This document shows positions 36,480 through 45,744 of a stretch of 64,000 nt of DNA, piece by piece. Positions within the stretch are counted from its first letter, which is position 1. The number at the start of each line of letters is the position of its first letter. Origin of the DNA: Coniocarpon cinnabarinum (Eukaryota). The notes beneath the pieces are model-generated. The model made no database searches and was not told the origin of the DNA. It saw only the letters and a list, made by a program, of their open reading frames with translations. The stretch lies in the NCBI GenBank assembly GCA_051942205.1, contig JAVECO010000004.1:186001-250000 (forward strand), read 5' to 3'. Both the position numbers and the translations under genes were made by a program.

Positions 36480-37631
36480 GGACAGTCCATCTTTAGCGTG
36501 ATGACATTCATGTATGCGCAGCGTTCAAGACCCGCTGCAAGGAATCGAATATCTCTTTATCGCGTTGTGAATACGATGTCTGAGCGTCTATCTACTATTT
36601 TGGGTGAACACTGCGAGACTAATCTTAATAATAAGGAGTGCAAAAATGGCACCGATAAGCAGTATAAGGTAGTAAGTAATGTGAATTGCAGAATCCAGCG
36701 ATAGTACGATGTTTGGTCGCACATTATGTCCTTTGACATTTTTAGGGCACTCAACTATCATGATTTTGATTAAAATGTTGCGTCGTTGTCAAGCTCCTTT
36801 GCTACCGGTGTGCCGCTTGGCGATCTCACTGTCATGTGATCTAGCACAATGAGCTTGCACGTGATCTTGCGGAGGCCTGGTGTACGGAGTACAGTGTGGT
36901 GGTTTTTGAGGTGGCCCACCCCCAACTGGTGGTTGTGATGAGGCCGGTTAACTCCACCAGTCGGAACCTGAACCGTAGACAGGTAGCGGCGAAAGCTAAG
37001 GCTAGTCGGAGCAGCGGCGTGCGACTGATTCTATCATAGACTAACTGCAGGCGTCCGATTGGCGCACTTCAGCGCGTGCACGTCCGCTCAAATCACCACG
37101 CCTAGTCCAAGGCGCGGAAGAACGACCAGCCGTCTGTACCCAGGCAGGCACTTGAATCCTGGCGATCGGCAAATATATGGAGCACGAGAGCCTGGCCCTC
37201 GTGCCTCGCCAAACGAGGCGACGAATCAGCAACGGTTGCAATGTATTGGATGATCTCAGACCGGTCATGTGTAGACTGTGTGCTTGTTTGTCGATGCCAC
37301 ATTTCCTATTATCATTGCACGTCGGTGTCAGAATTCATGAAATCACGTGCCTTGACATGCATGGAGGCCAACAATCATGCAAGCCGGTCAACATCACGTG
37401 ATTTTATTCTGACACCGACGTGATTGTACATGCAAGCAAGTCTCGTCGCACAAGGGGCGTACACATGTTGTCAGAGCAATATAGGTAAACGAGTAAAGTA
37501 GTTTCAACATTCAGGCGTTCCGTAGAAGCAGTGCTGAGTCTAAAGCTTGGTAATTGAAACCTTCTTGACAGGAACCTGACTTCTGTCACGATATATATAC
37601 AGAAGTGTCCTCCCTCCTACTCAAGACTTTC

Positions 37632-37881
37632 ATACTTACCTTGGTATGTTTTCTCCCCTCCCGTTCCTAGCCCTCGCGCTCGCCCTATACTAACTAAGTT
37701 ACCTTTCTAGAGAAGAAACAGCTGCTCATGAATAGTTGTCTTCTGCGTCGGTGGCCTGCCTCGCACATCGCGGTGCTGTCGGCGTATGTCTCTCCTTCTG
37801 GGGGCGACATTCTCGAAATTTTTGCTGGCGTCCTTCTTTTCTTCGTTGGCTTGCGCTTCGTGCGCGGGCATTGAGGAAGAG
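37632..37881 (+). ncRNA. U1: U1 spliceosomal snRNA gene containing a 67-nt spliceosomal intron (37644-37710); 3' end approximate
   Basis: 5' AUACUUACCU. Intron GTATGT..TACTAAC..TAG. After splicing: helix H (UGAGA/UCUCG), SL1 loop GCUCAUGAAU, SL2 loop CUCGCACAUC, SL3, Sm site AAUUUUUG (37817-24) and a 3' hairpin with a UUCG-containing loop. TATA box at ~37591. Confidence 0.85.
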
Positions 37882-38679
37882 TGTATCTGCTGATTGTTGG
37901 CGCCCCCGTTGCGAGCTTCCGGGATGAGCGCGACCGCCGTGGATTAATGCGCCCTTGTTGCGATGCATTAAATTTAAGGTGCCTCCGCGTCCTGACGATC
38001 AGACATTAGATCCTTGAGTAAGCTTGGTCATGACTGCATCAATCGTTGACGACGGACAGCGTGAGACATGACACTTGGTCAACTCCAGACCACCTTGCAT
38101 ATTGCGCTCATATCGGCAAATGGTATTTAGAATGCGTTCCAGCCATCAATCTGGCCCAACGATTCCTCATCACGCATTGATGAGCTATTTGCTCTTGTCG
38201 ATATAGGGTACGCAGTGAAATGGCTATCGTAGCTCATGATGGGGAATCGTCGGAGCGCAATGACGACCCGATAGGCCAGAACATCTTCTTGCATACAGCT
38301 GCATGTCCTACTGGAGTCTCCCGGTGGGAAAACATCCAATGGCAGTGGAGGACATTGGCTACCTGAGTATTGGGTACGCCATCGCACGCCTCATGCTTTA
38401 CAAGGCTCTATGGTGAGCTTTCGCTTCATGACAGAACATACTAGATCTCTTAAATGATTCCAAAGCAACCCATCTAGACCGGCAAGCAACGCAGGCGAAT
38501 TTTATGTAAGCACTGTACGGGCGGCGCCCGTCAGACATTCACCACTATTTCTTCCAAGACAAAGTCCAGCGTTATATCTGCATGAACTGTCAAATATCGA
38601 GGTCGCTTAGTTCCAATCAAGTAGCATATCTCCTAATCTATCATCCTTTTTGCTGCGCTCAGCTCAATACCAAACGCAA

Positions 38680-39280
38680 ACCCTCTTGCTGCAGAATCTA
38701 CCAAAATCCTCAAAAGCTTCGACGAAAATGCTCCCGCCGCCGCTAAAACCATCACGGATACCCGCAATAACTTCGTCGCCCAGTTTGACCGCTTCCGAGT
38801 CATCCAACCTGGTACCAAAAGCCCCTCCCCTGCCTCTCCCTCTCTCTTTCTGCCCAACCCCGTTGGCGCTACAGTGACTAGCGACGAGCTTCTTGCGCAT
38901 GGACCTGTATTTGTCAAATTCTATCGTGGCGAGACGTAAGTCTCTATCCTCACCTCAATTCCCATCTACTCTCGCACACAGCCGGATCATTGTTCTTTTA
39001 TGAACGCGAATCAATGTCTATATCAATGCTAAACACAACCTTTCAGGTGACCCTTTTGCAACCTCGACCTCCACCACTGGCAAATCGAAATCCAAGCAAT
39101 CCACAAACTGGGTGGCAAACTCGTCACCATCAGCCCCGAGCTCCCTGATCAAGCCTTAAGCATGAGCGAGAAGCACTCCCTCAAGTATCCCGTCCTCTCT
39201 GATTCCGGTTTCAAGTTCACATGTCGAGTTGCCTTCCGCGATGGTCTCACATATGCATCCAATGCAGCAAAGAATGCTTG
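38680..39280 (+). pseudogene. AhpC/TSA (peroxiredoxin-like) pseudogene
   Basis: LLAHGPVFVKFYRGE, intron 38936-39046, then *PFCNLDL..LVTISPELPD..LKYPVLSD. No ATG, TGA at the first Cys of CxxC, truncated C-terminus. Confidence 0.7.
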
Positions 39281-39516
39281 AAGGCTACCTTAGCCCATTT
39301 GATCGCGTTCGCCACGCATAACATCGATGACAGCGGCTTCACAGGCTGCTCTGGAAGGATCAAGACACTCGAGTTCACAAACACTAGAAAAGCATCTGCT
39401 ATGACAGCATCTTTGAAACGCATTGTGATGACGCTAGACAGCCAGCGATGAAAGACTTGGCATTTTGAATTTCACATTGACGATTACTACTGCGTAGAGA
39501 GTTTGGCCATCGACGT

Positions 39517-40464
39517 CTAAGACTGAATCTTGCTTTCCCTCTCTACGCTGCCCCTCTCGTTCCACGCCTCACTCACAATACGCCAGTATCGTACGCCTCC
39601 ATCCACAAGCACATGGGCACAATGCTCGCTCGTCTCAAACTTCACCATCCGCACGCTGAAATGCTTCTTCGCCGCTTGAGCATGCATCTCGACATCCTTC
39701 CAATCGACCATCGGGTCCGCCACGCTGTAAATATAGCACCGACTGAGCTCATTGCGCATAGCCTTAGGATGTTTCAGCGTTTGATAATTCACCTCGACGG
39801 GGTCAGGGAGCCTTAGGGGAACAACCGCGATCCAGCATAAGCTCACTAGGACGTATACTGAAATCAGAGAAAGCAAGTGCAAGCCTGGTGTCTTCGGAAG
39901 AGATGCTGACATTGCGGCGATAGTGCGCTTGAAGCTGCTGTGACCGGGACAGGAATCAAAGATTGTGACATGGCGTGGAAATGGCGTCGTTGCGAACTGC
40001 TTGTACGCTTGGAGTAGATTGCACGCCTGGTGTGATCCTCCATTGGAGAAGACATGGAGGATCATGTTCGCTTCGGATTTTTGACGGTCCTCAGTCAGTC
40101 TTTGAATCGCGGAAACAGCTGGGGCAAGGTGTTGAAGCTGGCGATGCTTCAAGTACCGAACGACGTCAGCGGGATCGCACCGGATGATGATGATGTGGGA
40201 GGTTGGATGTTGACGCCGGTAGCCGTTGACGTAGCGAGCGATGTGGCGGAGGCTGGCGGACATCCATGTGCACAAGACGATGATGCTTGGAGAGTCTTGA
40301 GCATCGAGCTGCAAGGCATGATCTTTGGCAATTAGGTCCGTACCGGTCGAGCTCCCGCCAATTTCGTGGCTTTCGCGGGCATCGTTGCTGCTGACATGCT
40401 CATACAGAAGGATTGACTGCCCTGAGATGGCATTGAATCCGGGGAGAGCCTTTGCATGCGACAT
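39517..40464 (-). CDS. DUF829 / PaxU-like alpha/beta-hydrolase fold protein (start uncertain)
   Basis: LCTWMSA, HVFSNGG, IFDSCPG, YIYSVADPMV, SEHCAH. Confidence 0.85.
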   Translation of the reverse strand: MSHAKALPGFNAISGQSILLYEHVSSNDARESHEIGGSSTGTDLIAKDHALQLDAQDSPSIIVLCTWMSASLRHIARYVNGYRRQHPTSHIIIIRCDPADVVRYLKHRQLQHLAPAVSAIQRLTEDRQKSEANMILHVFSNGGSHQACNLLQAYKQFATTPFPRHVTIFDSCPGHSSFKRTIAAMSASLPKTPGLHLLSLISVYVLVSLCWIAVVPLRLPDPVEVNYQTLKHPKAMRNELSRCYIYSVADPMVDWKDVEMHAQAAKKHFSVRMVKFETSEHCAHVLVDGGVRYWRIVSEAWNERGSVERESKIQS

Positions 40465-40827
40465 ATGAATATCTTGTATGATGTCTACTTGGTGTATATG
40501 GAGCTGCAACGTTCTGCAAAGGCCCTACTTCGAGGACGCAGGTTGGTACCCATAGGATATCAATACGTCTGCCTAGGCCGCACATGATTACGAATCCTCC
40601 AGAGATGTCCGCGGATGCTACTGCTTATGCTCGGCGAAGGCAGATGAGTATTGACTCAACCAACCGATCACGTGACCGAATGAATCCTCCTGCTTCCTTT
40701 CCGACCCTCTTCACGACCTGAAAGCGTTTCAACGGGCAAAAGACTCATCTCGTTACGCAGTGAACACGGGGTCTCCGAATTAGCTTTTCAGTACGCTATC
40801 AGTAAGGCTGTACAGTGACCACGCTCC

Positions 40828-41967
40828 CTATCGCTGTGCTTCGGTACCCCACTCTTTTTGCACCTCTCTTCCCTCCGCGAGGATATTGTCGACCCTCCAC
40901 AAGCGGTCCCCGTTAAAGATCAAGATCCCACCCGGGATGAACTCAAAGTTGTTCGTCCCGGCGCCATCCCCAGGCTGCACCAAGAACTTGCCAATCAGGA
41001 CACCCTGAGGGTTCCACACGTGCAGTCCATCGCCATTGCCACAACTCGCATAAACATTGCCCATCGTATCCGTGTGAATCCCATCCGGAACACCGCTGTC
41101 AGCGGTCGCAAACAGACGCCGATTTACGAGCCCTTTGCCGTCCTCAGAGATGTCAAACGCGGTGATGCTCATCGGTCTCGTGGTGTTGTAGTCGAACATA
41201 ACAGCTCCCGTGTCAGTCACGTACACGGTCTTGAGGTCCGGGCTGAACTCGATTCCATTCGCTTCCTCGAAGCCATCTGCAACCGCTTGCACGACGCCGG
41301 TATCAGGCTCAAAGCGGTAGACCTGACTCGGGATCACCGGCTCCGCTCGGAAGTCCTGGAAATAACCATACTGCGCGTCCGTGAACCAGATATCGCCCGT
41401 TATGGGATGCTGTCGAACGTCGTTGGCGGAAGAGAAATTGCGGCCGTGGAAGCTGGTCAAGATCTGGATATCTTCACCAGTGGCGGAGTCGACGGCGACA
41501 AGACCCGAGGGTATCTCAAAGTCGCCCTCATCGGCCCAGAGGACGTACTGGTGGTTTGGCTGCAGGCCGTTTGTCTCGGGAGATGAGCAAGCCGGCGAGG
41601 TCATGAGCGTGGCGCCGTTTGCGGCGGCGACATTGGGGTAGCGGATTGAGGAGACGGAGTCGTCGGTGAAGTTGTAGACAGTCACATTAATGCGATTGTT
41701 TTCGTATGGAAGACCGCCGAAGTTGGAGGAGATGTATGACGCGTTCGTTGCAGAGGAGTAGACACCCGCTTCGTGGAAGGCATCGTAAGGTTGATTGGAG
41801 AGGAGTGTGACAGTGGCATCCGGGCCTATGATGTCGTTTTTGAAGGTGTCATTGTAGGAAAGGAGGTTGACGGTCTCGTTATTAGTGTTGGCGAGATTGA
41901 AGAGGCCAGTGGCATAGGGAAGGGATCTAGCTAGTTGAAAGAGGTCAACGGTAGTGATGTTGACCAT
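40828..41967 (-). CDS. SMP-30/gluconolactonase family beta-propeller protein
   Basis: FHEAGVY, SANDV, IWFTD..YG, ANGIEFSPD, YVTDTG, PDGIHTD. Confidence 0.88.
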   Translation of the reverse strand: MVNITTVDLFQLARSLPYATGLFNLANTNNETVNLLSYNDTFKNDIIGPDATVTLLSNQPYDAFHEAGVYSSATNASYISSNFGGLPYENNRINVTVYNFTDDSVSSIRYPNVAAANGATLMTSPACSSPETNGLQPNHQYVLWADEGDFEIPSGLVAVDSATGEDIQILTSFHGRNFSSANDVRQHPITGDIWFTDAQYGYFQDFRAEPVIPSQVYRFEPDTGVVQAVADGFEEANGIEFSPDLKTVYVTDTGAVMFDYNTTRPMSITAFDISEDGKGLVNRRLFATADSGVPDGIHTDTMGNVYASCGNGDGLHVWNPQGVLIGKFLVQPGDGAGTNNFEFIPGGILIFNGDRLWRVDNILAEGREVQKEWGTEAQR

Positions 41968-42477
41968 TTTGATTTGTGTCTATATTAAAGCGTACGTGCC
42001 GTAGAAATAATGGCGGGCGAGTCCAGCAAGCACCTTTTAATAGCCAGAAGCCTTACTGAGTCTGATGCTGACATTTCCCACGAACTCCGCACGGTACCTA
42101 CCTATTCGGCCCTGGCATCACGACTCGGCTCTTACCTAGATGACGTGCAAAATCCGACGTCATTGTTGTGGAATCTACAATCATGGTTCCTGCATGCATT
42201 TTGATTTCCCTGGCGAATCACGATGCTGCCAATATTGAACGCTGAGCAGCTGCCTTCTGAGGCGTCTGACAAGCATGAGTAGGCACCGGATGCTTGTGCT
42301 GTGTCTCGGCAAAAACCCACCGTATGACGTATTTCCATCCCTCCCCTTTCTCCGCGTAAAGCTAGTACACAAGCAGCCTAGTGCAGATCTAATCCCAATG
42401 GCTCCTACCGGCATGCCAAGCCTAGATCGATGCCAGCCATTAACTTCAATACTCTGTAGCCTCTTCGAATCTATGCT

Positions 42478-43392
42478 ATGGCTGTGTCCAGTGACGCTCC
42501 AGATCCCACTACGACCTCCCTTGCATCCGACAAAGCCCTTCGCCCTTTTCTCGCACCTACTTTCGACCCGGCCGACTACCTCAATGCGACTCTCCCAGCA
42601 TGGACGCCCTCCTCTCGTCCTCTCGCCTCTGCTGCCTCTTTAAACTCGACTCAAGCCTCATCGTTGACCGATCTCACGACTCAAACACAGACGCTTCTTT
42701 CGCAGCTCTCCGCTCAGCTCACGCGCCTCTCCGCGCAGCTAACGAAGTTTACAGACGAGATTCTGCGATCTGGTGGGCGTCTCGCGTATGAGGTTGAGAT
42801 CTTAAGGGGTGAGACCGGCAGTCTGAGCGATGTGCTTGTCGACGGTCTCGCTGAAGACTTGAGTCGCTTCGTCCCCGGCGGTCTGAAGCCGATGAGGAGA
42901 CGCTCGAGCACTGCTCGGAGCACTTCAACTGTTGCTGATATCCCGCGGACGAATCTGAACGAGCAACAGCAGGGCGAGCCTAAATCTGCGCAGGACGCAA
43001 TCACGCGACTGAGAACGCTGGCACTGGTGCGAGACAGACTGGACAGCGTGGTGCAAGTATTCGGCGCGGCGTTGGATTGGCCCGTCGCGCCCAGTGAGGT
43101 CAACATGCGGAGTACGTTCATCTCAGTAGCGGGACCAGAAGCTGAAGATACAGAAGAAAGAGAGAAGAAAGGCAAGAGCTGGGTGGAGGGTAAGAAGAAG
43201 CAGCTCGGTGACGTGCAGGTGAAGGAGGGGTATGAAGCTGCCCTTGCACGACTCGAGGAGCTGGAGGAGCTGGCGGAGGTGTGGAAGGGGACCAGTGAGG
43301 AAAAGGCAAGGCTGAAGGTCGTGGAGAGTTTGAGAAAAAGTGTCGAAGAGAGAAGGAAGGGCAAGGTGGGTGGTGGATATGGTGTGAGGTAG
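42478..43392 (+). CDS. Conserved fungal helical protein, possibly a CATCHR/COG-type tethering subunit
   Basis: Intact 304-aa ORF with FDPADYLN N-terminal motif followed by coiled coil. Confidence 0.6.
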   Translation: MAVSSDAPDPTTTSLASDKALRPFLAPTFDPADYLNATLPAWTPSSRPLASAASLNSTQASSLTDLTTQTQTLLSQLSAQLTRLSAQLTKFTDEILRSGGRLAYEVEILRGETGSLSDVLVDGLAEDLSRFVPGGLKPMRRRSSTARSTSTVADIPRTNLNEQQQGEPKSAQDAITRLRTLALVRDRLDSVVQVFGAALDWPVAPSEVNMRSTFISVAGPEAEDTEEREKKGKSWVEGKKKQLGDVQVKEGYEAALARLEELEELAEVWKGTSEEKARLKVVESLRKSVEERRKGKVGGGYGVR

Positions 43393-43959
43393 GCTCGTCC
43401 CTGCTCGTAAAGACTGAGCGTATCACAAACATGTGGGTACCGTATGCAGCAATGTAAGCTTTGTAGGTGAGCTTGAAAGATGCATATTGAACAGAAAAGT
43501 ATCCCCCTCCACATTCATTCCCGTCACCTGCTCCAATCGTCATGATCCAGATACTTAAGGTCCAAAGATATTGCTATATCAGTCCTGGACCCCTTGCATC
43601 GTCATTAGACCTTCTACACTATCATTGGCTTTTCTACGTTGTCTTTTGTTCTCCTGCATTGTCATCGACTTCCATACTAGTCGTCGATGCATCCAGAGGT
43701 TGTCGTACGCCAACCATGATTTGCAGAAATCTGAGCATTGCCATGCTAGGATACGAGCTCGATCACTACGAGAGAACAGCGCATCACGTACTCAGAAAGC
43801 TCCAGTCCTCTTAATCATCAATCCCCTTCACTTATTCACAAAAAAGAGGCAAAGAGAGAAGAGCCGCGCGAAAAAGAACAAGGTCACGTGCAGACCTCTC
43901 AAAGTGACAGGCAAGACAGCCGCACATGCCTATATATTTCGCACAAACTGTCCTACCCT

Positions 43960-44162
43960 CCGCAAGCTCAGGTCAGACCTGTAGCCCTGCTGGTTAAGGA
44001 GCCTTGCTCACCTCTCGGGTGCTTGACATCGGTCCTGCCGACCCCCTCAGGCCGCTAGACGACTTGGTGGGGTCCGGCGTAGATCGGGGCTTTCGACGTA
44101 GTCTGCACACCACGTCAGGCACATAAACGTGCTCATCTCTCTGTTACTTCGTCCCTTTTTTT
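43960..44162 (+). ncRNA. Candidate Pol III-type structured ncRNA, identity unknown
   Basis: TATA at 43931, A-box-like TAGCCCTGCTGG at 43982, several nested stems, T7 run at 44156-62, downstream GTTCG array. Confidence 0.5.
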
Positions 44163-44175
44163 CCCGGTTTTTTGG

Positions 44176-44243
44176 GTTCGAAAGTTCGGAGGTTCGAAGG
44201 TTCGAGGGTTCGAGGGTTCGAGGGTTCGAGAGTTCGAAAATCC
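44176..44243. repeat. 8-bp tandem repeat (GGGTTCGA), 8 copies, B-box-like
   Basis: GTTCG at 44176 and then every 8 bp up to 44232. Confidence 0.9.
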
Positions 44244-45744
44244 GGAAATTTGAAAATTCTTTTTTTTGTCGTTCGTTCTTCTGACAGTTCGCCTGATACG
44301 AATGACAAAGAAATCCCGTGTGAAAAATTTTTCATTTCCTGAATGCGGGTTTGCGGGCACTTAATCAGCCAAAGTAATATGCACTACTCACCCTACCCTA
44401 CCTTACCTGCTGCTGCTGCTGCTGCTGCTGCACAATTAAATTGGCCCTGTCCTTTAAATACAAGCACTCGAGGTCTGCGAACGCCACACAATGCTCTCCC
44501 TCGCGGAAGTACTCTACAAAGAGGCTTTCGTCAATGAAATCAATACCGCTCCCACATGCTAATATGTTCAGCATACTAAAAAGACATCGTGAACATTGTA
44601 CGCTAGAAGACTTTTGAATGACCGCAAAGATATCAGGGTTATCCGCTCCACTTCCAAGCCCAAATAAACATCATCTCTGATGATCTCGTCGTCTAAAATT
44701 CGCAGATATTTGTCTCAGTAAAATGAGTGCCAGGTAGAAGCCGATGTTCCTCCAGATGCGAAGAGCTTTACTTAATCCTGGATAGCGAAAAAGCATGATC
44801 AAATGTTGTTGAATGCATATCATTGCTTGTCTTCGAAGCTAGATTTGCGAAACAAAACTACCACTTTACCTTAGATATAAGCTATCATTAACATTTTCGA
44901 AAAGACTATATCCTCGCAATCACGGTCATGCCAAAACAAAAAGTAAACAGAACAATCTGCCCACTCAAACAGACGTACAGAAACTTCTAATAACTCTGCT
45001 TCCCGAAATGGCGCTGTCAATGACGTCGCACAAGGCCACACTAGTGGGAGCGACTTTTAGGGAGACGTATACTGTGGCCATTGAATGAAAAAGTGGGTTC
45101 TGTACGTACTAGAGTGACTAAGTCACGCATGTTCAACGTCCCCACGCTTTGAAAGCATTGAACCCATGTCACTGAGAATACCCAACAGCCTTCTTCCCCA
45201 AAGACTTTGAAAATGAGATACGAAGACACTGCTTACTGCATCGAGAAACTCAGGATAAGCTTTGCCGCTGCTCTTGAATGTAAATGTACGGCACGCTTTC
45301 TTTCTCTTCACTTTTCGCACGGTGATCTGCTATTGGACTCTGAACAAACAGCAAAGAACATTACCGCAACGACAATGATTTCAAACACAATATCGAGAAT
45401 GGGAAGCTGCAGTGACTTCTCGTGCTAAGGTAATGGTACAGGCTCTGGTCACAGCATCGTGGTCGTTTCAAAATAGAAGGCAGGTAACGGACGTTTCGGT
45501 ATGGTTTAAGAGAACATTAGAATTTCACTCAGAGCTTGCTTCTCATGGCTGCTCGATATCATTTCCACGCGTTGAGAAAATGTTTTCATTTCACGATCAT
45601 TATATATTTGGCACTTGGTTTACGCAATGTAGCTGAGCTTCCCATCAAATCTTACGCGTTTTCTTCTTCATTTGCATGGTATCATCAGACTACCTCAAGC
45701 CCAAAGGTCTACTAATGAGTCCAACTTCACTCATCGCCGACTAA

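Larger units (their letters stand above)
1..36500. mobile_element. Probable Starship giant transposon interior (captain and termini not seen; coordinates approximate)
   Basis: DUF3723, patatin-like phospholipase and ferric reductase genes cluster within 10 kb, which is the established Starship auxiliary set. The region also has NLR-like repeat genes, many orphan genes and minisatellites. Gene content becomes ordinary host-like after ~37.5 kb. Confidence 0.8.

Noticed and set aside
36930..37030. TGATGAG-GCCG...CGGC-GAAA resembling a hammerhead core or C/D snoRNA boxes
   Set aside because: It lacks the C of CUGA, the stem II register is off by one, there is no stem III/UH site, and no recognisable guide
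1..37500. DUF3435 captain recombinase or 5S rDNA target site
   Set aside because: No ORF with recognisable captain motifs; only chance ~10-nt matches to 5S
42714..43514. Long antisense ORFs (also 40858-41586, 55815-56486, 63214-63900)
   Set aside because: Shadow frames of well-supported genes on the opposite strand
43975..44120. Canonical tRNA
   Set aside because: A D-arm-like motif is present, but there is no internal TTCRA T-loop or 7-bp acceptor stem
44407..44431. (CTG)8 microsatellite
   Set aside because: Ordinary simple repeat
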